This document shows, piece after piece, positions 45,809 to 55,005 of a stretch of DNA of 64,000 bases. The translations under genes and the position numbers were made by a program. The notes under the pieces were generated by a model. The model saw only the letters and a program-made list of their open reading frames with translations. It searched no databases and was not told where the DNA came from. Each line of letters begins with the position of its first letter. The stretch's first letter is position 1. Where the stretch lies: the IMG/VR virus record IMGVR_UViG_3300042898_003801, positions 1-64,000 of that record; one strand, 5' to 3'. This stretch comes from an uncultured virus (IMG/VR IMGVR_UViG_3300042898_003801) (Duplodnaviria > Heunggongvirae > Uroviricota > Caudoviricetes).

Positions 45809-46711
45809 ATGACCGAATTAATAAAGCCTTGTGAGTCTATTCTTAACTCAACAAGAATTATATTAAGAGCCAATGAAAACTGTTTGTTTTCTGGCATAGA
45901 TTCTGCGGAAGCTAATTCTACATTGGCCTTTAAAGAAAAAAAACATTTTCGAAATTACCCACATCCAATAGAGTATCATTATAACAGCCGTGGATTTAGA
46001 GATCAGGAATGGCCAGACACTATGATAGAATTACAAAATTCAATTTGGTGCATAGGTGATAGTTTTACTGCTGGAGTAGGTTTACCATTTACGCATACAT
46101 GGCCACAGGTACTACAACAAACAACAGATCAACGAACTATTAATGTAAGTTTAGATGGCGCTAGTAATAACTGGATTGCAAGACACACTTGTGCAATTAT
46201 CAATGAAATTGCTCCTCGGAATTTAATAGTGCAGTGGAGTTATTCGCACCGCCGAGAAGCTGATATCAAAGTGGCATTAGATCCAATATGGAGAGAATTT
46301 TATAATGCTATAAAAGGCACTGATTGGCCACCTTGTGAATCATTTGATTTGTTTAATACATTGCCCATTAATATACAAATTGATCTACGCAATGATCCGC
46401 GGTTTAACTCGTGGCACAAGGAATTTGATCTAGAAACGCCGCGTAGAATATATGAAGTTGATTCAACTCCCGAAGAAAACATTGCAAATACACAAGCGGC
46501 AATTGATGCAATCTGTTCTACTTCCACAACCACCAATATTATACACACGTTTATACCAAATTGGCACAACACCAACAAGTATCAATTGAACTTTCACGGG
46601 TATCCTGTGATCGAAAATTTTCCTGTTTTAGACTTAGGACGCGACTATTTTCACTATGATATTACAACTGCTACTAATTTAGCAAATCAATTAGTAGGAT
46701 TACTATTATAA
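45809..46711 (+). CDS. SGNH-like hydrolase/acyltransferase
   Basis: YNSRGFRD, IGDSFT.G.G, GASN, DYFH. Confidence 0.7.
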   Translation: MTELIKPCESILNSTRIILRANENCLFSGIDSAEANSTLAFKEKKHFRNYPHPIEYHYNSRGFRDQEWPDTMIELQNSIWCIGDSFTAGVGLPFTHTWPQVLQQTTDQRTINVSLDGASNNWIARHTCAIINEIAPRNLIVQWSYSHRREADIKVALDPIWREFYNAIKGTDWPPCESFDLFNTLPINIQIDLRNDPRFNSWHKEFDLETPRRIYEVDSTPEENIANTQAAIDAICSTSTTTNIIHTFIPNWHNTNKYQLNFHGYPVIENFPVLDLGRDYFHYDITTATNLANQLVGLLL

Positions 46712-46713
46712 TA

Positions 46714-47838
46714 CTAGTCATTGATCCAAACTAGGTCACTCAGTGCCAACTGTTTTTTTGGAATATCATTATAGGTTATTAACGATTTATTTGCAGACTC
46801 AGCAGACGTCCAGTTAGTGTGTTCTAATTGTGCAGCCTGTGTCAATGTTTCTGGATGATATGATATTGCATATGACGGTTGATTGATGCCAACCCATTTG
46901 TTATAATTCAACAAACATTGATCTATATTAGTAATGAGGTCAGCTTTTTCTTTAAGCGTATGTAATTTTATTGGAATTCCAGACATTACAATACCATCAT
47001 CTTGCAGATCTTGAATGAATATTCTGCACTGGGTATAATCATCTATGTTTAATTTGATAAATGATTTTTCTTCATCACTGAATTCATGATTAAATGGTAT
47101 TAAACTTAACAAATAATGTACACGATTCCAATCATGCCAATTAATGTTAAATCTATCTTGCCATGTTAATAAATTTTTTTTATCTTTAAATACATTTAAA
47201 TTCAAAATAAATTTTTCAATTTCAGGCAAATCTCTTTCATATTCAAAATAACTATTCACATTAAAGTGACGATCAACCCAGTCAAGATATTCGTGATAGT
47301 GTAGTAAATATTTTTCCATAACATCGTTTTGAACATGTATTTTGTTTTCATGAATATTTTTAAATATTTCATATTTTTGTTCAACTGAGTATACATTTAG
47401 ATTTTTTGACTCTCCAGCAATGGCCCAACTCATTGCATGCTCAAACAAATTTTTTCTACGACAAGATATAATGTGAAAATTATCATTTAAATATTGATAA
47501 AATGCCAATTGGTCATTTAATGAATCATTTCGGTTTTTAATATGATAGTGTGCCAATCTTGCAGTGACGTCATGTTTACAATTTTCTAATAGATTAACAA
47601 TAGTTTCTAAGCTTTGAAAGTATCCCCATCCTGCTTGCGGCCGGGCTTCCATGGACTGTTTTTTGCCTAGCACAGTTTGATTAAATTTTGTATTATGATA
47701 CGGTATTAGCCCGTTGGTTAACTCATGCAAATTAATAGTCAACGGATTGTAGTTTTCGTTGATATTTGCATAAACTGTAACTAGTCGTTGTAACAGCGTG
47801 CTGCCCACTCGATCCGGAGTTAAAATTAAAACATTCAT
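46714..47838 (-). CDS. Sulfotransferase-like protein (Stf0-like motifs)
   Basis: LTPDRVGSTLL; RRKNLFEHAMSW; F.YE; start at MNVLIL. Confidence 0.6.
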   Translation of the reverse strand: MNVLILTPDRVGSTLLQRLVTVYANINENYNPLTINLHELTNGLIPYHNTKFNQTVLGKKQSMEARPQAGWGYFQSLETIVNLLENCKHDVTARLAHYHIKNRNDSLNDQLAFYQYLNDNFHIISCRRKNLFEHAMSWAIAGESKNLNVYSVEQKYEIFKNIHENKIHVQNDVMEKYLLHYHEYLDWVDRHFNVNSYFEYERDLPEIEKFILNLNVFKDKKNLLTWQDRFNINWHDWNRVHYLLSLIPFNHEFSDEEKSFIKLNIDDYTQCRIFIQDLQDDGIVMSGIPIKLHTLKEKADLITNIDQCLLNYNKWVGINQPSYAISYHPETLTQAAQLEHTNWTSAESANKSLITYNDIPKKQLALSDLVWIND

Positions 47839-47947
47839 AGTTTTACTTATAGACAGAATAAATACTTGTCTAAGAATCAAAGGAATGACATGGCAATAAC
47901 TCAACAATACACGCAGATACTGCCTTGTTATATTCCAGGAATATAAC

Positions 47948-48571
47948 ATGAGCCAACTTACTTGGATGTTTAGTTTAATTCCAGACGGCATTTTTGTACT
48001 TTGTACCTATGCAATATTTGCACTGGGTTTGCTGTTGTACATTGCTTCAAAACTGGTGCAATGGATTCCTATAATGATGCAATATCGCATACCTGCAGAA
48101 CTTGTGGGTGTGTTGTGCTTGTGCGTTGGGGCTTATTTCTTTGGCTGGCGCGGCAATGAAGAGAAATGGCTAGATCGTATTAAAGAGCTTGAAGAAAAGG
48201 TTCAGATCGCCGAAGCTAAGAGCCGTGAAGTCAATACCGTAATTGAAACCAAATTTGTTACTAAGATCAAAGTTGTAAAGGAAACAGTATATGCAAACCG
48301 AGAAATCATTCGTGAAGTTGCTGGGGCTCAGCTTGATAGTCAGTGTACTTTGCCTCGGTCTACAGTCGTGCTCCACGACAGTGCCAGTCGTAATGAAGTG
48401 GCCCGAGGTCCCGACAGTGTTGATGGAACCCCCTCGGGAGTTGAAGCCCATCGACTCCTTGAAGCCGTCATTGACAACTACGGAAGCTGCCACGAAAACA
48501 TTGAAAAATTAAAAGCCTGGCAAGAATGGTATCGAACACAAAAACAAATATTTGAAGGAGTGAGTAAATGA
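47948..48571 (+). CDS. Inner-membrane spanin (Rz-like)
   Basis: N-terminal TMs, coiled coil, C..P...V.LHD.A; directly upstream of endolysin. Confidence 0.65.
   Translation: MSQLTWMFSLIPDGIFVLCTYAIFALGLLLYIASKLVQWIPIMMQYRIPAELVGVLCLCVGAYFFGWRGNEEKWLDRIKELEEKVQIAEAKSREVNTVIETKFVTKIKVVKETVYANREIIREVAGAQLDSQCTLPRSTVVLHDSASRNEVARGPDSVDGTPSGVEAHRLLEAVIDNYGSCHENIEKLKAWQEWYRTQKQIFEGVSK
48312..48512 (+). CDS. Embedded outer-membrane lipoprotein spanin (Rz1-like)
   Basis: +1 frame inside Rz-like gene; GTG start, hydrophobic signal, lipobox LQSC, Pro-rich mature part. Confidence 0.6.
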   Translation: MKLLGLSLIVSVLCLGLQSCSTTVPVVMKWPEVPTVLMEPPRELKPIDSLKPSLTTTEAATKTLKN

Positions 48572-49185
48572 GTACAATATTGACCCGAGAGCAACTGAAA
48601 CAGATGGTCAAAAATCCCCATATTGATCACTGGTATGATGCACTGGAGCAGTTGCTAGATGATTATGAAATCAACACGCCACAACGTGTGGCGGCGTTCA
48701 TAGCACAATGCGCACATGAGTCGGGCAACTTTGCGTTCATCAAAGAAAATCTCAACTACAAAGCAGCCAGCTTGAGAAAAGTTTTCCCTAAGTATTTCCC
48801 TACAGACGCACTTGCGGCACAGTATGCCAACAAGCCTGAAATGATTGCCAACAGAGTGTATGCCAAGCGCATGGGCAACGGTCCTGAAGAATCCGGAGAT
48901 GGCTGGAAGTACTGCGGTCGTGGACTTATTCAATTAACAGGCAAAGACAACTACACATTCTTTGCTGGCAGTTTGGGCATTGAAGAAGAAGAAGCTGCCG
49001 AATACCTGGCCACATTTGAAGGTGCTTGTCAAAGTGCCTGTTGGTTCTGGGAACAAAACAATCTAAATCGCTTTGCTGACGCAGGCGATATTCGAGGGCT
49101 CACCCGAGCAATCAATGGTGGTTATATTGGTCTAGAAGATCGTATCAAACACTATGAGCATGCATTACATGTAATGGGAGTATAA
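48568..49185 (+). CDS. Glycoside hydrolase family 19 endolysin
   Basis: AAFIAQCAHES, ENLNY, GRGLIQLTG..NY, WFW, INGG..GL.DR. Confidence 0.92.
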   Translation: MSTILTREQLKQMVKNPHIDHWYDALEQLLDDYEINTPQRVAAFIAQCAHESGNFAFIKENLNYKAASLRKVFPKYFPTDALAAQYANKPEMIANRVYAKRMGNGPEESGDGWKYCGRGLIQLTGKDNYTFFAGSLGIEEEEAAEYLATFEGACQSACWFWEQNNLNRFADAGDIRGLTRAINGGYIGLEDRIKHYEHALHVMGV

Positions 49186-49188
49186 ATC

Positions 49189-49308
49189 ATGTTAGAAACA
49201 CTATTTTGGTTAGCATTAGGTGCATTTGTTGGATGGAATTTTCCTCAACCTGAATTTGCAAAACGTATACAAGCCCGTGTGATGGCTGTGTTTCGAAAGG
49301 ATCAATAA
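49189..49308 (+). CDS. 39-aa membrane peptide in lysis cassette
   Basis: GGGAG RBS; MLETLFWLALGAFVGWNFPQPEFAK... Confidence 0.65.
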   Translation: MLETLFWLALGAFVGWNFPQPEFAKRIQARVMAVFRKDQ

Positions 49309-49309
49309 A

Positions 49310-49852
49310 ATGGCAGAACAACAAGAAACTAAGCCACTGTCACGATCGGAACGTGAAGCACAGATCAAAGACAAAGCCGGACTGGTCATTGTATTCATGG
49401 CGTTGTTTTTAGCGGCCAACACATACATTGCCAATGGCTTTTCAAGCACAGCACAAACCAATCTGTTGCAGGCCAGCAACACCTACGGATTTTATCAAAG
49501 CAAAAGTATCAAGCAAACTCTTGCTGAAGGTCAGTTGGAAGAAGCCCGGAAGGGCGTGGATAAAGACCGTGTTGCCAAGCTAGAAGCCAAGATTGCCCGC
49601 TACGAAAGCGAACCTGAGACAGGCGAGGGCAAGAAGGAATTACTGGCCAAAGCACGAGCACAAGAAACCGCACGTGAAGCAGCCAGGGCACATGGTCCAT
49701 GGCTCACATTCTCAGGCATGCTGTTCCAGCTTGCTATTGTATTGCTGTCAGCAAGTATTTTAGCAGTCAACACCAAGATGTACAAGGCCAGTTTAGGCGT
49801 GGGTGCGATAGGTTTAATACTGATGGCCCAGGGCTATTGGTTATGGTTTTAA
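49310..49852 (+). CDS. DUF4337-like membrane protein
   Basis: TM - YQSKSIKQ - coiled coil - QLAIVL.S..I - TM. Confidence 0.7.
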   Translation: MAEQQETKPLSRSEREAQIKDKAGLVIVFMALFLAANTYIANGFSSTAQTNLLQASNTYGFYQSKSIKQTLAEGQLEEARKGVDKDRVAKLEAKIARYESEPETGEGKKELLAKARAQETAREAARAHGPWLTFSGMLFQLAIVLLSASILAVNTKMYKASLGVGAIGLILMAQGYWLWF

Positions 49853-49867
49853 TAACAAGGATTTAGT

Positions 49868-50386
49868 ATGACAGCAAAAATGAGTGAGAGTGAAAAGAAA
49901 AAAGAAGATTGGATGAATTCAAAATGGCGTCCTATGATGGGCTGGACCTATATGATCACCTGTATATTTGATTTTGTAGTGGCACCAATTCTTTGGAGTT
50001 TGACACAGAGTTTATTTCACGGCAGTGTACAAACCCAATGGCAGCCGTTGACTCTGCAAGGCGCTGGGCTGTATCACATCGCTATGGGTGCTGTGTTGGG
50101 TATTGCAGCCTACGGTCGTACACAAGAAAAACTCGGCGGAGCCAACAATGGCGGAATCAATCTACCACCAAATGCTGGAACAACATATGTGCCCCCAACT
50201 GCGGCAGTACAAACCATGCCCGGTGCATTTGGTACACCAACGGCAACAACAGTCACACAATCCTGGGGCAGTCCAGTCTCACCAGCACCTGGCTGGGGAA
50301 CAACCAACATCGGATCCAGTGGTGTAACCACTGGCTTTGGAGGCAAACTTGCTCCTCCACAACCTGACTTTTATCCAGAAAGATAA
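49868..50386 (+). CDS. Holin (GTA-type 3TM holin-like)
   Basis: W...WRP.MGW...LG..AYGRT.EK. Confidence 0.7.
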   Translation: MTAKMSESEKKKEDWMNSKWRPMMGWTYMITCIFDFVVAPILWSLTQSLFHGSVQTQWQPLTLQGAGLYHIAMGAVLGIAAYGRTQEKLGGANNGGINLPPNAGTTYVPPTAAVQTMPGAFGTPTATTVTQSWGSPVSPAPGWGTTNIGSSGVTTGFGGKLAPPQPDFYPER

Positions 50387-50388
50387 CT

Positions 50389-50604
50389 ATGAAAAAACTA
50401 TTAATTGCACTATCATTGGCAATGGCTGGTCAATTTGTCCAGGCAGATACACCGCCAAGGGAAACCAAAAAGATCTGTGTTGATGTCAAAGACAAAGAAG
50501 GTAAAGAAGTCATAGACCCAAAAACCAAAAAAGTCAAACAGAACTGCAAAGAAGTCAAGCAACACAAAAAACTTGAAGGTACAGATGTACCTGTGAAGAA
50601 GTAA
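50389..50604 (+). CDS. Small exported basic protein
   Basis: Signal peptide, two Cys, HKKLEGT. Confidence 0.65.
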   Translation: MKKLLIALSLAMAGQFVQADTPPRETKKICVDVKDKEGKEVIDPKTKKVKQNCKEVKQHKKLEGTDVPVKK

Positions 50605-50653
50605 TTGACCACTGCACTAAAATCCTGTATAATTATGTGTACAGGATTTTTTT
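50605..50653 (+). promoter_or_regulatory. sigma70 promoter overlapped by terminator-like hairpin
   Basis: TTGACC-17nt-TATAAT; AAAATCCTGTA...TACAGGATTTT plus T-run. Confidence 0.7.
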
Positions 50654-51442
50654 ATGACCGATCACTACGCCACACTGGGCGTTGCTAAAACTGCTACTGC
50701 AAATGAAATCAAACAGGCCTTTCGCCGGTTAGCCAGTCAGCATCATCCCGACAAGGGTGGCGACACAGCCAAATTCCAGGCCATCCAGGCCGCGTATGCC
50801 ACACTAGGCGATCCGCAGCAACGTGCCGCGTATGATAATCCTCGCCCACAAATGCCGCCTGGGTTTGGATTTCAATCCAATGGGCCATTTGATTTCAACA
50901 CAATATTCAACATGTTTGGCACAAGAATGCAATCGCCCGGGCAACAACGTCATCAACAGGCTCGCATGGATCTGTGGATCACAATAATGGACATTGCCAC
51001 AGGCGGGCGTAGAACTGTGAGCGTGGGCAGTCAACAGGGCACAATGACTGTGGAGATAGAAATTCCATTGGGCATAGAAGATGGCAACACAGTGCACTAT
51101 TCAGGTATTGGCCCCAGTGGAATGGATCTACTGGTCACTTACCGAGTGCATCCTCACCCTCGGTGGCAACGAAACGGACTAGCTCTTTCAACCAATCATG
51201 TGTTGCCTATCTGGGATCTGATACTGGGTTGTGATACTGTGTTTACAGACGTACAAGGCACAGAATTACTATTGACTATTCCGCCAAAAACTCAACCCGG
51301 AACTCAAATGAGAATGAAGGGTCGCGGCCTGCGGGCAAAATCTGGAATCGCTGGCGATATGTTAGTTGCTATACAAGCTCGTATACCCGACAACATATCC
51401 CCAGAACTCTTGGAAATGATAAAACAAAGTCAGACAAAATAA
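50654..51442 (+). CDS. dnaJ: DnaJ/CbpA-type co-chaperone (no Zn finger)
   Basis: J domain with HPD; C-terminal IP..TQPG...R..G.GL...GD. Confidence 0.9.
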   Translation: MTDHYATLGVAKTATANEIKQAFRRLASQHHPDKGGDTAKFQAIQAAYATLGDPQQRAAYDNPRPQMPPGFGFQSNGPFDFNTIFNMFGTRMQSPGQQRHQQARMDLWITIMDIATGGRRTVSVGSQQGTMTVEIEIPLGIEDGNTVHYSGIGPSGMDLLVTYRVHPHPRWQRNGLALSTNHVLPIWDLILGCDTVFTDVQGTELLLTIPPKTQPGTQMRMKGRGLRAKSGIAGDMLVAIQARIPDNISPELLEMIKQSQTK

Positions 51443-51512
51443 ATATTCGTAATGGTTGTATAAGTTTAAAAATCCTGTACAATAGTAATTGGGAATACAA
51501 GTAATAATATCC

Positions 51513-53786
51513 ATGCAAAATAATCCAGAAATTGAACAGATCCTTGAGTCAGCAGTTGCCATTGCTCATGCCTATAAACATGAATACGTCACAACCGAAC
51601 ATGTGTTGTTAGCATTGATACGTCACGATCCTTTTCGTCGTGTGGTAGAAAAGTTTGGGGCTGATGTAGCGTTATTTGATCAGGAGCTGACAAATTATAT
51701 CGGTAGCCTAGTAAGTTTAATCAAAGATCCTGCACCACAACCAAGGAAAACCAATGCGTTGGAGCGAGTGTTTAATCGCGCATTAACACAGGTACTGTTT
51801 ACTGGGCGCAAGCAAGTATCAACAATTGATTTAATGGTGGCCATGCTGGCAGAAACCAATGGACATGCACATTATTTCTTGTTGAAATACGGAATTAAGA
51901 AACAAGAGTTTATAGATTTCTGGCAGAGTAACTATACCCACGCCAGCGTGTCAATGAACGAAAATCAGGCCACACAGATATTAGAAGAGCATTGTACTAA
52001 TTTAACGCAATTGGCCAAAGAAGATCGACTAGAACCCATGATTGGGCGCAGTGTAGAACTAGAAGAAATGATCACAGTGTTGGCACGTAGATTCAAAGCC
52101 AACGTGCTGATGGTAGGCGATCCAGGTGTGGGCAAGACTGCAATCATTGATGGTCTTGCACAAGAAATTGCCGCTGACAGAGTTCCTGAATTTCTTCGAG
52201 GGCATGAAGTTTGGGGCTTGGAAATTGGCAGCTTGCTGGCAGGATCAAAATATCGCGGTGAGTTTGAAGAAAAGTTCAAACAGGTCATTGGAGCACTAGA
52301 AGCCAAGAAGAAATGTATTTTGTTCATAGACGAAGCACACACCATGATGGGTGCAGGTGCTGGTGGGCAAAGCAGTTTGGATTTTGCCAACATGTTGAAG
52401 CCAGCCATAACCAAAGGCAATCTCAAAGTGGTAGCCAGCACCACCTGGGAAGAATACTACGAGAGCTTTGAAAAAGATCGTGCGCTGATGCGTCGTTTCC
52501 ATCGTGTGGCAATTGACGAACCCACTCCCGGTACCACAGAACAGATCCTTATTGGGCTGAGTCCAAGATTAGAAAAGTTTCACAATGTGCTAATTGACAC
52601 TGCTGCCATAACTGCTGCAGTTGAACTGTCAGGCCGTTACATACACGATCGTAAGAATCCTGACAAGTCAATTGACCTGCTGGACGGTGCTTGTGCAAAA
52701 GAACGTGTTAAAGATCAAGGACAACTTACTATCACTCAAGAATTGATCATGGCACAGTTGGCTCGTACCACAGACATTCCAATTGATCGACTACAAAATG
52801 AACGTAGCACTAAAATTCTTGAATTAGAAAACAACATCAAGCAAAAGTTATACGGGCAAGACGAAGCAGTGGATTCAGTGCTTGAGCGAATTTACATTAA
52901 CTTTTCTGGCATTGGCAATGCTCGCCGACCTATTGCCAGCTTCTTGTTCCTAGGGCCAACTGGCACAGGCAAAACAGAATTGGCCAAACTGCTGGCGGAA
53001 AACTTGGACATGAAATTGCTCAAATATGACATGAGTGAGTACCAGGAGAAACACACAGTGTCAAGTTTGATTGGTGCACCACCTGGATATGTGGGATTTG
53101 AAGACGGCAATGTGGGTGGCGGCAAACTGATCAGCGATATCAGTAAGAATCCATTTAGTATTATTTTGTTTGATGAGATTGAAAAGGCACACCCAGATGT
53201 GATCAACATCATGTTGCAGATGTTGGACGAAGCAAGATTAACATCCAGCAATGGCAAAACTGTTGATCTTAAAAACGCCATTATCATTATGACATCTAAT
53301 TTGGGTGCGAGAGACAACGAGAATCATAACATTGGATTCAGTACTCTGTTAGAAAAATCTGGCGAAGAAGATCGGGCCATGAAAGAGTTTTTCAAGCCAG
53401 AATTGCGCAATAGGATTGATAGAGTTTGTAAATTTGCCAAACTTGACACACTGGCAATTAAGAAAATTGTGATCAAGTTTGTGGAAGAACTACAAACAAG
53501 TTTGGCAGCCAAACAAATACGATTGACATTGACCGAATCAGTGATTGATATGTTGGCCAACAAGGGCTATGATAAAAAGATGGGCGCACGTCCATTGGGT
53601 AGAAAAATCGACGAACTTATTCGTGTGCCATTGAGCAAGCGCATATTGTTTGATCGTCTTGAAAACTGTACCATTCACGCAGTGATGAAAGATGATAAAA
53701 TTGATTTTATGATAGAAGAAATTGCAAAACCCGTGGTCAACGAACAAGGATATATTGTACTTGATAACTTCAAACCTAAAATTTAA
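51513..53786 (+). CDS. clpA: ClpA-like AAA+ chaperone/protease subunit
   Basis: Clp N domain, GDPGVGKT, DEAH, GPTGTGKT, DEIEKAH, IGF loop, GARPL. Confidence 0.92.
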   Translation: MQNNPEIEQILESAVAIAHAYKHEYVTTEHVLLALIRHDPFRRVVEKFGADVALFDQELTNYIGSLVSLIKDPAPQPRKTNALERVFNRALTQVLFTGRKQVSTIDLMVAMLAETNGHAHYFLLKYGIKKQEFIDFWQSNYTHASVSMNENQATQILEEHCTNLTQLAKEDRLEPMIGRSVELEEMITVLARRFKANVLMVGDPGVGKTAIIDGLAQEIAADRVPEFLRGHEVWGLEIGSLLAGSKYRGEFEEKFKQVIGALEAKKKCILFIDEAHTMMGAGAGGQSSLDFANMLKPAITKGNLKVVASTTWEEYYESFEKDRALMRRFHRVAIDEPTPGTTEQILIGLSPRLEKFHNVLIDTAAITAAVELSGRYIHDRKNPDKSIDLLDGACAKERVKDQGQLTITQELIMAQLARTTDIPIDRLQNERSTKILELENNIKQKLYGQDEAVDSVLERIYINFSGIGNARRPIASFLFLGPTGTGKTELAKLLAENLDMKLLKYDMSEYQEKHTVSSLIGAPPGYVGFEDGNVGGGKLISDISKNPFSIILFDEIEKAHPDVINIMLQMLDEARLTSSNGKTVDLKNAIIIMTSNLGARDNENHNIGFSTLLEKSGEEDRAMKEFFKPELRNRIDRVCKFAKLDTLAIKKIVIKFVEELQTSLAAKQIRLTLTESVIDMLANKGYDKKMGARPLGRKIDELIRVPLSKRILFDRLENCTIHAVMKDDKIDFMIEEIAKPVVNEQGYIVLDNFKPKI

Positions 53787-54438
53787 ATCTGTTGATAAAG
53801 ATCGATTGTTTTATAATCAGTATCAATACTCTGTAAGCATTCCATTACAGGAAGTAAATGCGCTGAGAACAGAACTATCACACGAATCAATAGATCGTGC
53901 CATAGCTCGCAGACTAGCATTTTGGTCAACAATGCCAAATCGTGCCAATCGAGTGATTGAGTCAGACACAGTGGACCAATTGCATAAAATCTGTGATTTT
54001 TTATTGTCTATCACTGACCAATACAAACTGGTATTTTACTATAATCACTGGCTCACAATCTACACCAATAGTCTGGAATTGCTTGATCAAGTTGATGCAC
54101 TTGATTACGTTGATATTAAAAATTACAGTCAGGTCAATATCAATCGTCCCAAAGGTACAATATTGTTAAAAAATTCTGTGCATACCAAACGCAGTTATTT
54201 TCGTCAACGTACTATAAACAATCACGAAAGAAATACATTAATTAATTTTCTAATGTCTCAACAGGATTATATAAAATTAAGTCCGGGACTAAGAAATTGG
54301 ATGCATAAAGATCGAATTCATACCTATGTGCTTGACTATTTCTTTATTGATTATTCAGATGATCAATGGCTGACCATGTTAAGTTTGGTGCATCCAGGAC
54401 TGGTAAGAAAAACTGTACAAATCATACAAGATAAATAA
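53761..54438 (+). CDS. Hypothetical protein (start uncertain)
   Basis: Long ORF overlapping clpA end; LFYNQY.Y. Confidence 0.6.
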   Translation: MITSNLKFKSVDKDRLFYNQYQYSVSIPLQEVNALRTELSHESIDRAIARRLAFWSTMPNRANRVIESDTVDQLHKICDFLLSITDQYKLVFYYNHWLTIYTNSLELLDQVDALDYVDIKNYSQVNINRPKGTILLKNSVHTKRSYFRQRTINNHERNTLINFLMSQQDYIKLSPGLRNWMHKDRIHTYVLDYFFIDYSDDQWLTMLSLVHPGLVRKTVQIIQDK

Positions 54439-54444
54439 TACACT

Positions 54445-54612
54445 ATGGCAAAAATACACGAAGAAATACTTGTAATCAAACTATCAAAATTGGTCAAAGA
54501 CAGCGGCGAAAATGTGCCTGTTATTGCCAACAAAGATTTGGAAGATGCACTGACCGCAGTGGCTCAAGAGCTTGTTGGTACCGGTGTTATTGTAGAAATT
54601 GAACAGGCCTAA
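54445..54612 (+). CDS. Small late protein
   Basis: MAKIHEEILVIKLSKLVKD...VAQELVG.GVIVEIEQA; TAAATA 7 nt upstream; below ORF-track cutoff. Confidence 0.7.
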   Translation: MAKIHEEILVIKLSKLVKDSGENVPVIANKDLEDALTAVAQELVGTGVIVEIEQA

Positions 54613-54983
54613 TGTCCACATATTATACCACTGTTGTACTGTTGCCCACTACCACCTATGGTACAGCATCGGGCAACTATGATGGTAGTAGTCAAGACTT
54701 TTTTGGCAATGCAGTGCCTGCAGTCAATTATTATGGCGGGCAAGGGTACGTTCAAACCATAACCTACAGTGTGACCAATTTCACTGGAACAATAACCACA
54801 CAGGCTACCTTGAGCGATCAACCAGAGCAGGCTGCCTGGTTTGATATTGACGTTTACGGAGACGGATCTTCGGTCATACCCGCAGACTATCATCCTGTGA
54901 GCATTTTAGGCAATTTTGCATGGTTACGAGTGAAAGTCACTGGATTTGAATCTGGCACAGCAAACGTAGTTGCATCATATTAA
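54612..54983 (+). CDS. Virion structural protein (putative)
   Basis: TAATG coupling; F.G.I..QATL...P....WF...GNF.W.R. Confidence 0.6.
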   Translation: MSTYYTTVVLLPTTTYGTASGNYDGSSQDFFGNAVPAVNYYGGQGYVQTITYSVTNFTGTITTQATLSDQPEQAAWFDIDVYGDGSSVIPADYHPVSILGNFAWLRVKVTGFESGTANVVASY

Positions 54984-55005
54984 AACGTGACATAAATATG
55001 TTACA

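Noticed and set aside
33747..53786. Inteins or introns in clamp loader, PhoH or ClpA
   Set aside because: Lengths and motif spacing are ordinary; no splice-junction or LAGLIDADG motifs seen
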